DNA from: Eledone cirrhosa | Lineage: Eukaryota | Assembly (NCBI GenBank): GCA_964016885.1 | Contig: OZ024742.1 | Coordinates: 114,638,001-114,702,000 of the forward strand | Length of the DNA stretch: 64,000 nucleotides | Direction of reading: 5' to 3' | Shown: piece after piece, positions 28,078 to 40,389 of the stretch | How positions within the stretch are numbered: the first letter of the stretch is position 1 | How the letters are laid out: the number at the start of each line of letters is the position of its first letter | Made by a program: the position numbers and the translations under genes | Notes under the pieces: model-generated | What the model was told of the DNA's origin: nothing | The model's input: the letters and a program-made list of their open reading frames with translations, nothing else | Database searches by the model: none

Positions 28078-30220
28078 GATAATAATGCTGTGATATATAT
28101 TTCAGTGACGACACTGGCAACACTGTTCTGCGTGCGAGTGTCGTGTCATCATCAGACAGCTTGTTACATAATAAGGTTATGTTTTCGAGGCAATCCAAAT
28201 TGGATCTTTTTTTAATTCTTTAATTTCTAATTGTTAATTTCTTAATTATTTAATTTATAATTTCTGATATTTGATTTAGGATTTTAATTTTTATTTCCAA
28301 CTCTCACTCTTAACTTCCAACGTAAAACCATGATACCTAGAATAAGTTTATTTTCCCTTATAGGGTGATGGTCAGTCGTACCGTCAATGCTTAGTGAGGG
28401 GTAGTATTATGAGCTGTAAAAACTAACACTCTCCCATCCCCTCTGGCTCTCGGCTGACTGCCACAGCAGTAAAATATGGTACAGGCTTGGTGGGCCATTG
28501 TTTTGTCTGACAGGGTGAACTTACTAAGCAAATTTCGTTGAAGTCTGCGGTGGCTAATGGTCAACTTCCCTCGGACATGCGCTTGCGCAGGCCGGTGGGG
28601 GTGAATTGGTACTCACAAGGGAGCGGATGAAAAACCCCAAAACACGCAATTCATCCGTTCCCATGTCGATCCAATTTGGATTCCCTCGGAAACATAACCT
28701 TATTATGTAACAAGCTGTCTGATGATGACACGACACTCGCACACAGAACAGTGTGGCCAGTGTCGTCACTGAAATATATATCACAGCATTATTATTAAAG
28801 GACTTGAACATCTGAAACTACTTCGCTTTTCCTTATTCGATATTTACTCCGTCACTCCTATGTGGAAAAAGTACGTTGAGTGCTTGAATTGAATTGCATC
28901 AATGTTTACCCTAATAATTTAGCTCCAATTAGTTGAGCGCTTTGCGATGTAACCGACATGGTGGACAACAGAGGAAAAAACCATAAGCTACCCCGGAAAT
29001 TCCCTCTACCATGGGGATGGAAACACCTTTACACTGGACGGACATAATAGTAACTTTCGCTAGGATAAATACGCGGAAACAAATAATAGGATAAACCCCT
29101 ATTTTCCTGCACCAAATCGCATTTGTACAGAGGCCCCCTAAATTCAATCTATACATGGACAGATGGACAATCATATGGATCATTTTGCATATATGTACTC
29201 TGTGTTTTTGCATTTATTCACTATTGGTCCTGTTCTTTTCTTTTGTGTACTTTATGTCTGTTTTTCTTTGATTTTGTTCCATGTGATGGGAATTAGGACT
29301 GTGTACCAGATTCACTAATGCCCGGAGCCCTGTAGTTATAATGTACGGCACTGTCGTTCAATATGTGGATAGAGTAACTGTGACACTAGAATCCCTCTCA
29401 TAACATATTACTTAAACATCTCTCTCCATATTATTTACTCACTTCAGTCTATATTTTTACTCACCTCAATCCGAATTATCACCTGAAAAGAATTTGTTTA
29501 ACTCTTTTTTTAATTCTTTAATTTGTAATTGTTAATTTCTTAATTGTTTAATTCATAATTTCTGATATTTGATTTAGGATTTTAATTTTTATTTCCACTC
29601 TCACTCTTAACTTCCAACGTAAAACTATGATACCTAGAATAAGTTTATTTTCCCTTATAAGGTGATGATCAGTCGTACCGTCAACGCTTAGTGAGGGGTA
29701 GTATTATGAGCTGTAAAAACTAACACTCTCCCATCCCCTCTGGCTCTCGGCTGACTGCCACAGCCGTGATGGGTAGCAGTAAAATATGGTACAGGCCTTG
29801 GTGGGCCATTGTTTTGGATGACAGGGTGAACTGACTAAGCAAATTTCGTTGAAGTCTGCGGTGGCTAATGGTCAACTTCCTTCGGACATGCGCTTGCGCA
29901 GGCAGGTGGGGGTGAATTGGTACTCACAAGGGAGCGGATGAAAAACCCCAAAACACGCAATTCATCCGTTCCCATGTCGATCCAATTTGGGTTGCTCGGA
30001 AACATAACCTTATTATGTAACAAGATGTCTGATGATGACACGATACTCGCACATAGAACAGTGTGGCCAGTGCCGTCACTGAAATACATATCACAGCATT
30101 ATTATTAAAGGACTTGAACATCTGAAACTACTTCGCTTTACCTTATTCGATATTTACTCCGTCACTCCTATGTGGAAAAAGTACGTTGAGTGCTTGAATT
30201 GAATTGCATCAATGTTTACC

Positions 30221-30222
<2 letters not shown>
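28078..30222. mobile_element. Non-coding 1310-bp HHR repeat (~1.5 tandem units) with an upstream inverted piece
   Basis: 28205-28910 repeats at 29505-30221; 28078-28204 is the reverse complement of ~28670-28795. Confidence 0.85.
28714..28787 (+). ncRNA. Type I hammerhead ribozyme (copies at 30024-30097 plus and 28087-28160 minus)
   Basis: gctgt CTGATGA tgacacgacact...agtgtcgtcact GAAA tatata TC acagc. Confidence 0.82.
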
Positions 30223-30267
<45 letters not shown>

Positions 30268-30431
30268 TTAATGATACTATCTATGGTTATGTATGTAATA
30301 ACACCTTTTATGGTTATTTTTTTTTTATACAAACCCTAAATAGTGAAAGATAGTCATTAATTACTATCTTATTACCAGTAAGATAAATAGCTCAATGTAA
30401 TAACATCGGTTGTTTTACAGAGCAGTTATAT

Positions 30432-31322
30432 AGAGATTACAATAATCAAAGCTCAGTTTAAATCATTTATTTGATTACAATTGTTTCCTCCAAACCGAGG
30501 TTTGGACTCTTCGGAGCAACTATTTAGTGATCTATAACATACTTGACATCCTTTTCAACACAAGAGACATATACAAACATATGCACATATTGAACCACAG
30601 TGGGATGACATCCATCAAAATGATATAGCATGGCAATTTACATATAAAGGTTAAAGGATAAATAAGACACGCGTGCATGCTACACGTGAGATTGTTTCAT
30701 ACACTGACTACTCTAAACTTTCCTCTTGCTTTATCTTCATAGACTGCCAATGCTTCATTTTTATTTTTAATTTATTTTTATTTTTATTTTTATTTTTATT
30801 TTTATTTTTATTTTTATTTTTATTTTTATTTTTATTTTTATTTTTATTTTTATTTTTATTTTTATTTTTATTTTTATTTTTATTTTTATTTTTATTTTTA
30901 TTTTTATTTTTATTTTTATTTTTATTTTTATTTTTATTTTTATTTTTATTTTTATTTTTATTTTTATTTTTAATTTTATTTTTATTTTTATTTTTATTTT
31001 TAATTTTATTTTTATTTTTATTTTTATTTTTATTTTTATTTTTATTTTTATTTTTATTTTTATTTTTATTTTTATTTTTATTTTTATTTTTATCTTTAGC
31101 CTTTAACCTTTATATGTAAATTGCCATGCTATATCATTTTGATGGATGTCATCCCAATGTGGATCAATATGTGCATATGTTTTTATATGTCTCTTGTGTT
31201 GAAAAGAGGTCAAGTATGTTATAGATCACTATATAGTTGCTCCGAAGAATCCAAACCTCGGTTTGGAGGAAACAATTGTAAGCAAATAAATGGTTTAAAC
31301 TGAACTTTGATTATTGTAATCT
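30432..31322. repeat. Inverted pair (~230-bp arms) around a (TTTTTA)n tract at 30757-31093
   Basis: 30432-30665 is the reverse complement of 31088-31322. Confidence 0.85.
31237..31285 (+). ncRNA. Type I hammerhead ribozyme, U4C core variant (inverted copy at 30471-30519)
   Basis: ttgct CCGAAGA a tccaaacc-tc-ggtttgga g GAAA caattg TA agcaa. Confidence 0.78.
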
Positions 31323-31329
31323 CTCTCTC

Positions 31330-32175
31330 TCTCTATATATATATATATTAGGATTGGTGCTCTGAAATAACGATGTATACATGAATAAATGTATAGTATA
31401 TTTGGTAATATACTGTATGCTTGATTAAGAACATTTTGAAGACCATGCACTATTTGTTTTAAAGTAGTGACTATGTCACTTACTTCTTTTCTTCGGCGAA
31501 AGAAGGGAGAGATGCTAACAAACTGTCAGTTTCACACTGTTGGCGATCATCATTCGCTATTTCAGAGCACCAATCCAAATACCTAATTTTTGCTGGAGCG
31601 GCAATCGCTCTGTATAAACAACTCCTGATTATTACAAGAATTCTATAAGAATCCAGCTTCTATAATCTTCGACGAAATCGGGGAGTACGTTGCTCTGATG
31701 ATCGCCAACAGAGTGAAACAGACCGTTTGTTAGTTTCTCTCCCTTCTTTCGCCGAAGAAAAGAAGTAAGTGACATAGTAACTACTTTAAAAGTGATAGCG
31801 TATGGTCTTCATAACGTTTTTAATCAAGCATACGGTATATTACAAATTATACTATACATACATTCATGTATACATCGCTATTTCAGAGCCCCAATCCTAA
31901 AATCTAATTTTTGCTGGACCGGCAATCGCTCTGCATAATCAGCTCTTGATTATTACTGGAATTATATAAGAATCCAGCTACTATAATCTTCGGCGAAAGC
32001 GGGGAGTACGTTGCTCTGATGATCGCCAGCATCGTGAAACAGACATCCTGTTAGCTTCTCTCCCCTCTTTCGCCGAAGAAAAGAAGTAAGTGACATAGAC
32101 ACTACTTGATAGCGTATGGTCTTTGAAATGTTTTTAATTAAGCATACGGTATATTACCAAATATACTATCCATTC

Positions 32176-32178
<3 letters not shown>
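31330..32178. mobile_element. 321-bp tandem HHR repeat (retrozyme-like), ~2 units plus an inverted partial unit
   Basis: CTGATGA at 31695 and 32016; unit 2 reads gct CTGATGA tcgccagcatcgt GAAA cag acatc ctg TT agc; 31330-31553 is inverted. Confidence 0.78.
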
Positions 32179-32222
<44 letters not shown>

Positions 32223-33210
32223 AATATATACTATATATATAATATATACATACAGGGTTGCTCAGTTCTTTGAGGACTGGTTATTAACATCTTTTTTCTA
32301 AGTCGTTATCACTATAATTTATTCTTAAATCTACGCGACATACACCATTTTAGCAAATGAAAAGCATCGTTGTAATCGTATCAATAATGCAGTGCATAGA
32401 GATTTACTGATTGCTCTCTTCCTGAAATCTGCACCGCTACGTGATCTGAAAGTTCGGAAAGAGGTGGGTGCCGTTTACTGAGCTTCTACAAAGGTAGCCA
32501 AACGTTAAACGCCTCATACGTGTTTATTTCATTCAGAAGAACACGAAACTTTGTATAAAAAAACGTAGAAACTATTTGATAAGCACCCCAGAATGATGAC
32601 TAAGACCATTGCTAAATTGTACAATGTTCAAGATTTTATCAATGAAGTCTTTCGATATAAGCGTGATATATTTATTTAAATATAGTGTTGTCGATATAAA
32701 CACTTCAACAAATTGTCTCACCATAGAATCCTTTAATGAACTAAATATGTAAATTCCATAATTATACAATTGCAGAAAAAAATGTAATAATTTTCAATTT
32801 AAAAATAATGTTTTTATAAACAGACCGAAAGAATTTAGTAATTAAGAAACAAGAGCATATAGACCAAACGAAATCAATACATAAATGCACAACCTCCAAG
32901 AAAAAGAAGACAAAAACAGCAGAAATAAAGATAAATTGTTCCTCTTATCAACTATACGTCTTAGCAAGTAAATTATTGGTCAGTCTAGTGTGAATCGTTT
33001 TGCTTCGAAATCATTAATGACCTCATACGGTATCGAATATTGGTTGTTAAACTGATATATTCGAGAATGTATTTAGTTCCAACAAAAAAGAGTTATCCAT
33101 ACCCAATACTGTTCCCATTATGTTCGTAAACTAATATCCATTCTATTTCAGCGTTTCACACTTACAATGATGATGTGCCCATGTTAATAGTCTGCTAAGT
33201 GCACGTGTGA

Positions 33211-33249
<39 letters not shown>

Positions 33250-33254
<5 letters not shown>

Positions 33255-36003
33255 TAATAAAAACAAAGAACAAGTTCTTTATATTAAATAATTCATCATT
33301 TTACGATCGTTTCTAGGATGTATATGTGTGTTGGTATGTATATCATATAGATCTATGTAAAAATATTACAAATTATCAGAGGAAATATACATACCTTCAC
33401 ATATACATGCTGTCTTCAGCATCGATTTGTAATATGTAATCTATAATTATTAAATGATGAGATTTGTTTATTGAAAAAAAAACAACAAAGATTTGATATA
33501 AAAGGTCTGTTTGGGAACAGGTTTTGAATTGACCAATAGAAAAGTAGTTAAAGGTCAAGTTGATAAAATAGTGGTAGTAGAAATTTAATTTAGGGGTAGG
33601 GGAGTGCAGATTTATGGTTTGAATGAAAATAATACTTTGAATGAAAATAATACTTTGTGGGTCAAAAGATGTCAAGCCAGTGAAGGGTACACGAAAATAT
33701 GATGTTATGAAAGAATAATTGTTTCTACTTTTGGCACAAGGCCAGCAATTATCCAGTGCATTACTGGTACTTTATTTTATCGACCCCGTAAGGATGAAAT
33801 CAAAGTTAACCTCGGCGGGATTTGAACTCAAACCATAAAGGGGCGTAACTCTTTGCTGCAAAGCATAGCGTCAGACCCTCTACCGATACTGCCAATCAAC
33901 CGCCCTGATGTTATTAAAGAATGATGTTAAATAGGAAGGAAAATAAAAGAGTAGGGTAAGGGAATTAGTGAGAAATACCAATCTTATTTAAACCACAAGG
34001 AATCTATATCTATAACAAGAAATTAAATTAATTTATAGGTATACTTATAGGGATACATTTATATTAATTCATATGAATGTGATAAATAAGAATTAGACGT
34101 TATTAAAGAGTTTTGTTAAAAGCGAAGGAAAATAAAATTTTGGAATAAGGGTAGTACTGATAAATACCAATCTTATATAAACTTCAAGGAATCTAGATTC
34201 ATAACAGCAAATTAAATTGATTTATAGGTATACTTTTAGGTATTAATTTTGGGAAAAGAGAGCTGTAAGAGGGAAATAAAATGATGATGTTCTCTGTAGT
34301 AAAGTACTAATTATATGTTAACTAAATTAAAAAAACTAATTATAATAATATGTAAAATATAAGTGTAAGGTGTATATTAATTAGGTTTATAATATTTGAA
34401 GGTTCTTCTAATTCTATGATTGCAAGTTATAATTAATTACTGTAGCTTATGTAATAGGATATTCTTAGATTTCATGATTTCAAAGAGTTCCTGAGGGCTT
34501 AACCTACACTCGTATCTGTTATTTTGAAAAGACGTGCACACTCCAGGTCAGGTTGTAATCGATATTCTTCTTTCTATAATTATTAATTGTTTCAGCCAAG
34601 GATGTTGTATTAACTAATGCGGCATTTTAAAAACTTTGTTTGTGGGTATTAAATCTTATTTTAAATTGGTTAGACGTAGCTACTATATATGAATAAGTGG
34701 AGTCCTTGGTGCTAATTTTACACTTATAGAATATTTTATTAATAAGACAATTTCCCTTTAATGGGCAATTTCTTTTGATTCTACAGTTACAACCATTCGT
34801 GTATATTATAGGGGAGTTAGTCAAATTTGGTGAGGAATTTACATGACTTGTTATAGGTGAAGGAGATGGCGGTTGTTGCGGTTTATTTTAGTATTATGGT
34901 TGGTTTGATGTGTTGGTGGTATATTTGTGTGTTTTTTTACATTTATATGCGTTGTACGCACCTATATTGTGTTGTATACTTTTGGTAGTGGAGTAGGACA
35001 TTTTGACAGTTGATCTATTTAAAATGTGATGGTATTTATGGTTTAGCGGGAAGTTTAATTGTAGGATATTAAAATATTTTTTAGGGATATGTTCTTTAAT
35101 TTTTAGATTAAATGGAGCATTATACCAAGTAACCCATGTATTACGGTTTCGATATTGTTTTTTATATTTATACGATGTATCAGGATGTTTACTATGATAG
35201 TTACTACTAGTAAATTTATTAAATATATGTTTAGTTAGATTAACTGATTTAGGTGTTTTAGTCTGATTACTAGGAGTGTTGTTAGTAATGTTGCTAAAAT
35301 ATATTGGAGTATTAGGATGAATGTTTTTTTGAAAGTCATTATATTTTATGTGAGAAGAGGTAGAGGAATTACATTTTAGGTTGGTATATTTGGGTGTAGT
35401 ATGAGTGGCATTTAGGTGTGGGTTTTTCATTTGGTGTTTGTTGGTAATATTGGGTTGTATGTTTGAAGTATTATTTGTGCAAGGTGTATAGAATAATTTG
35501 TTTTTGTGGCTGCTTCTAGCTAAAGTTTCGTTATAAAAGGGCGCTTTTTATCGAATACATCCTGGTTAGATGAAAGGTTAGAGATTCTGAGTGAGATATT
35601 ATATGCTAGGTTTTTAAGGATAGATCTAGTGTGATTGGATTGTGAGTGTATGTAATGTAAGTTTTGGTTTGCTTTATGGTAGATAGGTCTAAAGTTATAT
35701 CTAGGCAATTGACTATTTTACTGATGTTTTCAAATGTAATAGTGAGATTGTAATAGTATTTGAGTAAAGTTCTAATAAGCTTTTTATTTTTTTCAATTTC
35801 TGATAGGCTACGATTAGTGGAAAGAAGAAGACAGTCATCATGATATAAACCACCTTTAAGGTGGGGAAAATATGAATTAATGTTAAATAGAAGAAAGAGG
35901 CCCACAATATCGGTAATGTTGGCTGAATCACTAGAGGCCATAGTAATGTCGAAGAGATTACTATAGGTATTACTGGTCCAGTATTCCTTCTGAAATTCCA
36001 CTA
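33250..36003 (-). mobile_element. Decayed Naiad-like PLE (RT, linker, GIY-YIG, probable pLTR) interrupted by a SINE
   Basis: FDITMASSDSANITDIVGLFLL, GGLYHDD, YHKANQNLHY, WYNAPF, CNCR..CPL.GNCL, YIVATS; coding remnants at 34380-36003. Confidence 0.85.
33720..33905 (-). mobile_element. SINE
   Basis: Full reverse-complement copy of the SINE. Confidence 0.88.
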
Positions 36004-36023
36004 GTATATATATATATATATAT

Positions 36024-36101
<78 letters not shown>

Positions 36102-36329
36102 GTACCCATATATATATATATATATCATACAACACATATCAATGTAAATTATTATCTATTAATGTTAAGTTAAAAATACATAGAAGATTATTCTCACAAC
36201 GATATTATTCTTCGAAATACATGCGATGTTGCACTGAAACATATATTTTACACTTACTGCAGAAATTAAATAGATTTTTCAGTTCCCTGTTTTGATCATT
36301 CTATTGCACCTAAAATTACTGGTACTTTA

Positions 36330-38150
36330 ACCAAATTTAAATATCTGATTTCTTTCAATTTTAAATGTGAAAACCTTATATTTTCTCAGATTTTGAAATA
36401 CTTTGTCGCACAAATATGATCACATGGGATACCCATATCGATCGATGAACAGAATTTGTTAGTTGCTCGTTTACAATAATAATAGCTTTGAAGGTTATGT
36501 CTGTATATACACGATAGTCCCAAATAATCAGTATATAGTCTGCCTCAATTACAGCATGAGGGGTATGCTGATACAAATTGTCAGCATTTTCTTTTATTTC
36601 ATAATTGTTTCTTCTTTAGGCACAAGGCCAGCAATTATCCAGTGCATTACTGGTACTTTATTTTATCGACCCCGTAAGGATGAAAGGCAAAGTCAACCTC
36701 GGCGGGATTTGAACTCAGACCGTAAAGGGACGTAACTATGCTGGAAAGCATGGCGTCCGACCCTCTACCGATACTGCCAATCCACCGCCTTTCTTTTATT
36801 TCATAATGCTGATATATTAACCAGTGTAAAATTTGGACAATTTTGCCATATCTTAGTTTATACGCTACTTGTGATAAAATTGACATCTAGAGATTAACTG
36901 AACCACTGTTTGAATCTCATCATTATGGAATCGGCAATTTGGATCTAGTCCATTTACCATCATTATGGCTTCATAGTTTCGAGTTAATCAGATATGATGG
37001 TAGGCAGCTAAGCTGAAACATCCACTCTCTTCATTTAGCCCTGAGCCACATAGCTACCTGATGGGTGTGCATCTGCTAATGCTTAGCAGATTCCCACCCA
37101 TCAATTAACATCTCCAAGATATTATTGGTTTATGCCTCTTAAGCCATCAATTTTACTCTGCAACAAAATGTTGCCACATTGTCCAGGTTGTGTATCAGAG
37201 ACGAGATCAGTAGCCAATATTTAACACTCATTCAAGAAATGATGAAGCTTCTTACCCCTTTATGTTTGTCAATGAATTCTAGTATGAAGTAGTTTGTTGT
37301 TTCAGGATAGTTGGTCAGTTCAATTGTGCTGGTTTTGTAATAGTGTTCAAACTGATTCGAGGCTCTGTTTCTTTGAGTTATGGAAAGGTAAAGAAAATCC
37401 ACGTATTCCTTTGGGAGTTGTATATTATTAGCAACATACCAATATCTGTTTCAATTCTCTTTAATTCCCCGACATTCAAATACAAAACATTGAAATTACA
37501 TCTAAAAACCTGAACTGCTAGGGGATTTAAAGATAAGGTCTTATTATATCCATTTAGCTTAGATATAATAATTACACCTACGCACCTATAATATTTCTTC
37601 GTTATCCTCTCTTCCATGCTTGCATTCTGAATGCCGGACACTTCATCTATACCTAGCTATGTATAGCTTTGTTACTGCCCAGGTTTTTTAGAACTCTTTC
37701 TACAACTAATTCCACTATGATGACGCTGGTGCTCTAAGCAAGTCCAATCTTCATCCAGATGTTATGACTGGATTCTTTCACAACTTTAGAAGGTCTTTAA
37801 GCTCATTGTCTTTGCCATACAGTTTTAGGTCATCCATATGAATGAGATGAAGTATTTTTCTATGTTCGATTGTAAGGGGTATTAGGGCTATGCAGAAAAT
37901 TAGAGGTGACAGATAATGCCACAGTCAATGCTGATATTGTTTGAACTAGTTCATCATATAAATGACATAATTGAAGATTCTTGTTCCACAACGACATATT
38001 AAGTTTCAGCATCTTTGGAATCACAGATGCAGTTTTAAAGGACAGAGAATTTTGTATTTGTTATAGCAGTCTGCAAAGTTCATACGGTTAATGGAATGCT
38101 AATGGTTATATCTATAAGAACCTCGTCTGCAACATTTGTGTTAAAAAATT
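36330..38150 (-). mobile_element. Decayed R4/Dong-like (RLE-type) LINE
   Basis: HLIHMDDLKLYGK (37810-37850), SKLNGYNK..LNPLAV, IIWDYRVYTD near the C-terminal nuclease region. Confidence 0.7.
36605..36790 (-). mobile_element. SINE inserted in the R4-like LINE
   Basis: Near identical to 57873-58058. Confidence 0.9.
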
Positions 38151-38329
38151 AAAATTTGTTTTATTTTTTTGTTTTTTACTTTTTATCTTATGTCCATGAG
38201 TGCATATAATTGATTCGTGGCAATAAATCTTAAAACTTTATAAGTGTTGGCTGAAATGTTTTTGTTATTATGTAATACCACATTGTACCTAGGAAGGTAC
38301 ATTCTGAGGATCATTCATTATTTCACTAC

Positions 38330-38441
38330 GTTGGATTGGCAGATTTGGTAGAGGGACGGACGCCATACTTTCCAGAATAGTTACGTCCCTTTACGGTTTG
38401 AGTTCAAATCCCGCCGAGGTTAACTTTGCCTTTCATCCTTA
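38330..38441 (+). mobile_element. SINE 5' half (A/B boxes) fused to the HHR array
   Basis: ggattggcagatttggtagag...gagttcaaatcccgcc...tttcatccttac, then an abrupt switch. Confidence 0.82.
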
Positions 38442-39495
38442 CATTATAATAAATGTTCGGTGAATACATACGTATATATATATATATATATATATATGTG
38501 GATGTATGTATATATATATACATACTACTGTACGTCTGTATACATATATGTATGTACGTATACATACTTATATTTAAGTAACAGCCGTACTAAGAGTGGG
38601 AAATGAAATTTCGTTTCATTTTTTCCGTTTATCATTTTCGGTGCACCCAGCCGATTAACTCACTCGATATGCATATTGGGCTACTCAACCGTTAATATGC
38701 ATAGGGAAAGTATATACATTCGGACATTAAATCATCTGGCAGGAAGGTATACGTTGCTGACGAAAGATAATAAGCTTGAAACCAGTACAGCGTTCCTTTA
38801 TCAGTGTTGAACAAACGAGCAACGATGGTTGCTAGACACTAGCACTTGATACGGGATGTTTGTTTAAAAAACAGACCGACCATTATAATAAATGTTCGGT
38901 GAATCCATACGTACATATATATATATATATATGTGTGTGCATGTAAGTATATATATATATATACATACTACTATACGTCTGTATACATATATGTATGTAC
39001 GTTTACATACTTATATTTAAGTAACAGTCGTACTAAGAGTGGGAAATGAAATTTCGTTTCAATTTTTCCGTTTACCGTTTTCGGTGCACCCGGCCGATTA
39101 ACCCACTCGATATGCAAATTGGGCTACTTAGCCGTTAATATGCATAAGGAAAGTATATACTTTCAGACGTTCAATCATCTGGCAGGAAGGTATATGTTGC
39201 TGACGATAGGTAATAAGCTTGAAACCGGTACAGCGTTCCTTTGTCAGTGTTGAACAAACGAGCAACGATGGTTGCTAGACACTACGGCTTAATACGGGAT
39301 GTTTGTTTACAAACACACCGAGCATTATAATAAATGTTCGGTGAATCCATGCGTGCATATATATGTGTGCATGTATGTATATATATATACATACTACTGT
39401 AGTCTGTATGTATATATGTATGTACGTATACATACTTATATTTAAGTAAAAGGCGTACTAAGAGTGGGGCATGAAATTTCGTTTCATTTTAATTC
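38442..39495 (+). mobile_element. ~443-bp tandem HHR repeat (non-LTR retrozyme-like), ~2.4 units
   Basis: Unit start cattataataaatgttcggtgaat at 38442, 38881, 39323; HHRs at 38751-38793 and 39194-39236. Confidence 0.85.
39194..39236 (+). ncRNA. Type I hammerhead ribozyme
   Basis: atgttg CTGACGA taggtaataagctt GAAA ccgg TA cagcgt. Confidence 0.82.
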
Positions 39496-39499
39496 CATT

Positions 39500-39624
<125 letters not shown>

Positions 39625-39676
39625 CATAATTAGCCGTCGAAACGGCCTGAGCTCAGCTGTAGGAGTCCTACTCGTT

Positions 39677-39723
<47 letters not shown>

Positions 39724-39841
39724 TCATTAGTTAAGCAAAACAAGACCACAAACTTCACAAGGAAGAATTGAACTATATATATACATATATATATATGTAT
39801 ATATATAAATATATTATCGTTATTATCATTAAAAATAATAA

Positions 39842-39904
<63 letters not shown>

Positions 39905-39907
<3 letters not shown>

Positions 39908-40365
39908 ATAAGAAATAGGATTTCGCTTCAAGCATAGCTTTATACAATATGTATAAATATTTCGTACCTCCAAAGAAATACGGTTTTAGGAACCCGTAGC
40001 TATGAAAACAACGAGGGCTTAAAGCCCTCTGATGATGTCTAGCAGAAGCAAGGGGGTCAACCGAAATCCTATTTCGTTTTTATTGTAAGTTGAGCCAACT
40101 TATGCAGCTTCATATGCAAATGAGATTAATCAACTCATTTACGCAGACGAGAAACGTATATATTCTCGCTTGTCTTCTAATCCAGCAGTCGCAAGCGGTG
40201 GGAGGGGCCGTCCTGACGAAGGCCAGTTAAGCCTGAATTGCATAAAGAGTTGTCCCCCTTGCTTCTGTTGGACATCACCAAAGGACATTAGGCCCCCGGT
40301 GTTTGCATAGCTACCGCTTCCTAAAACCGTAATTCATTGGAAATACGAAATATTTATACACATAC
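39905..40365. repeat. Nested inverted repeats with two HHR-like cores
   Basis: Arms ~39950-40060 and ~40250-40360; CTGATGA at 40028; CTGACGA aggc-cagttaa-gcct GAAT tgca TA at 40213-40244. Confidence 0.6.
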
Positions 40366-40389
40366 ACATTATATATATATATATATATA

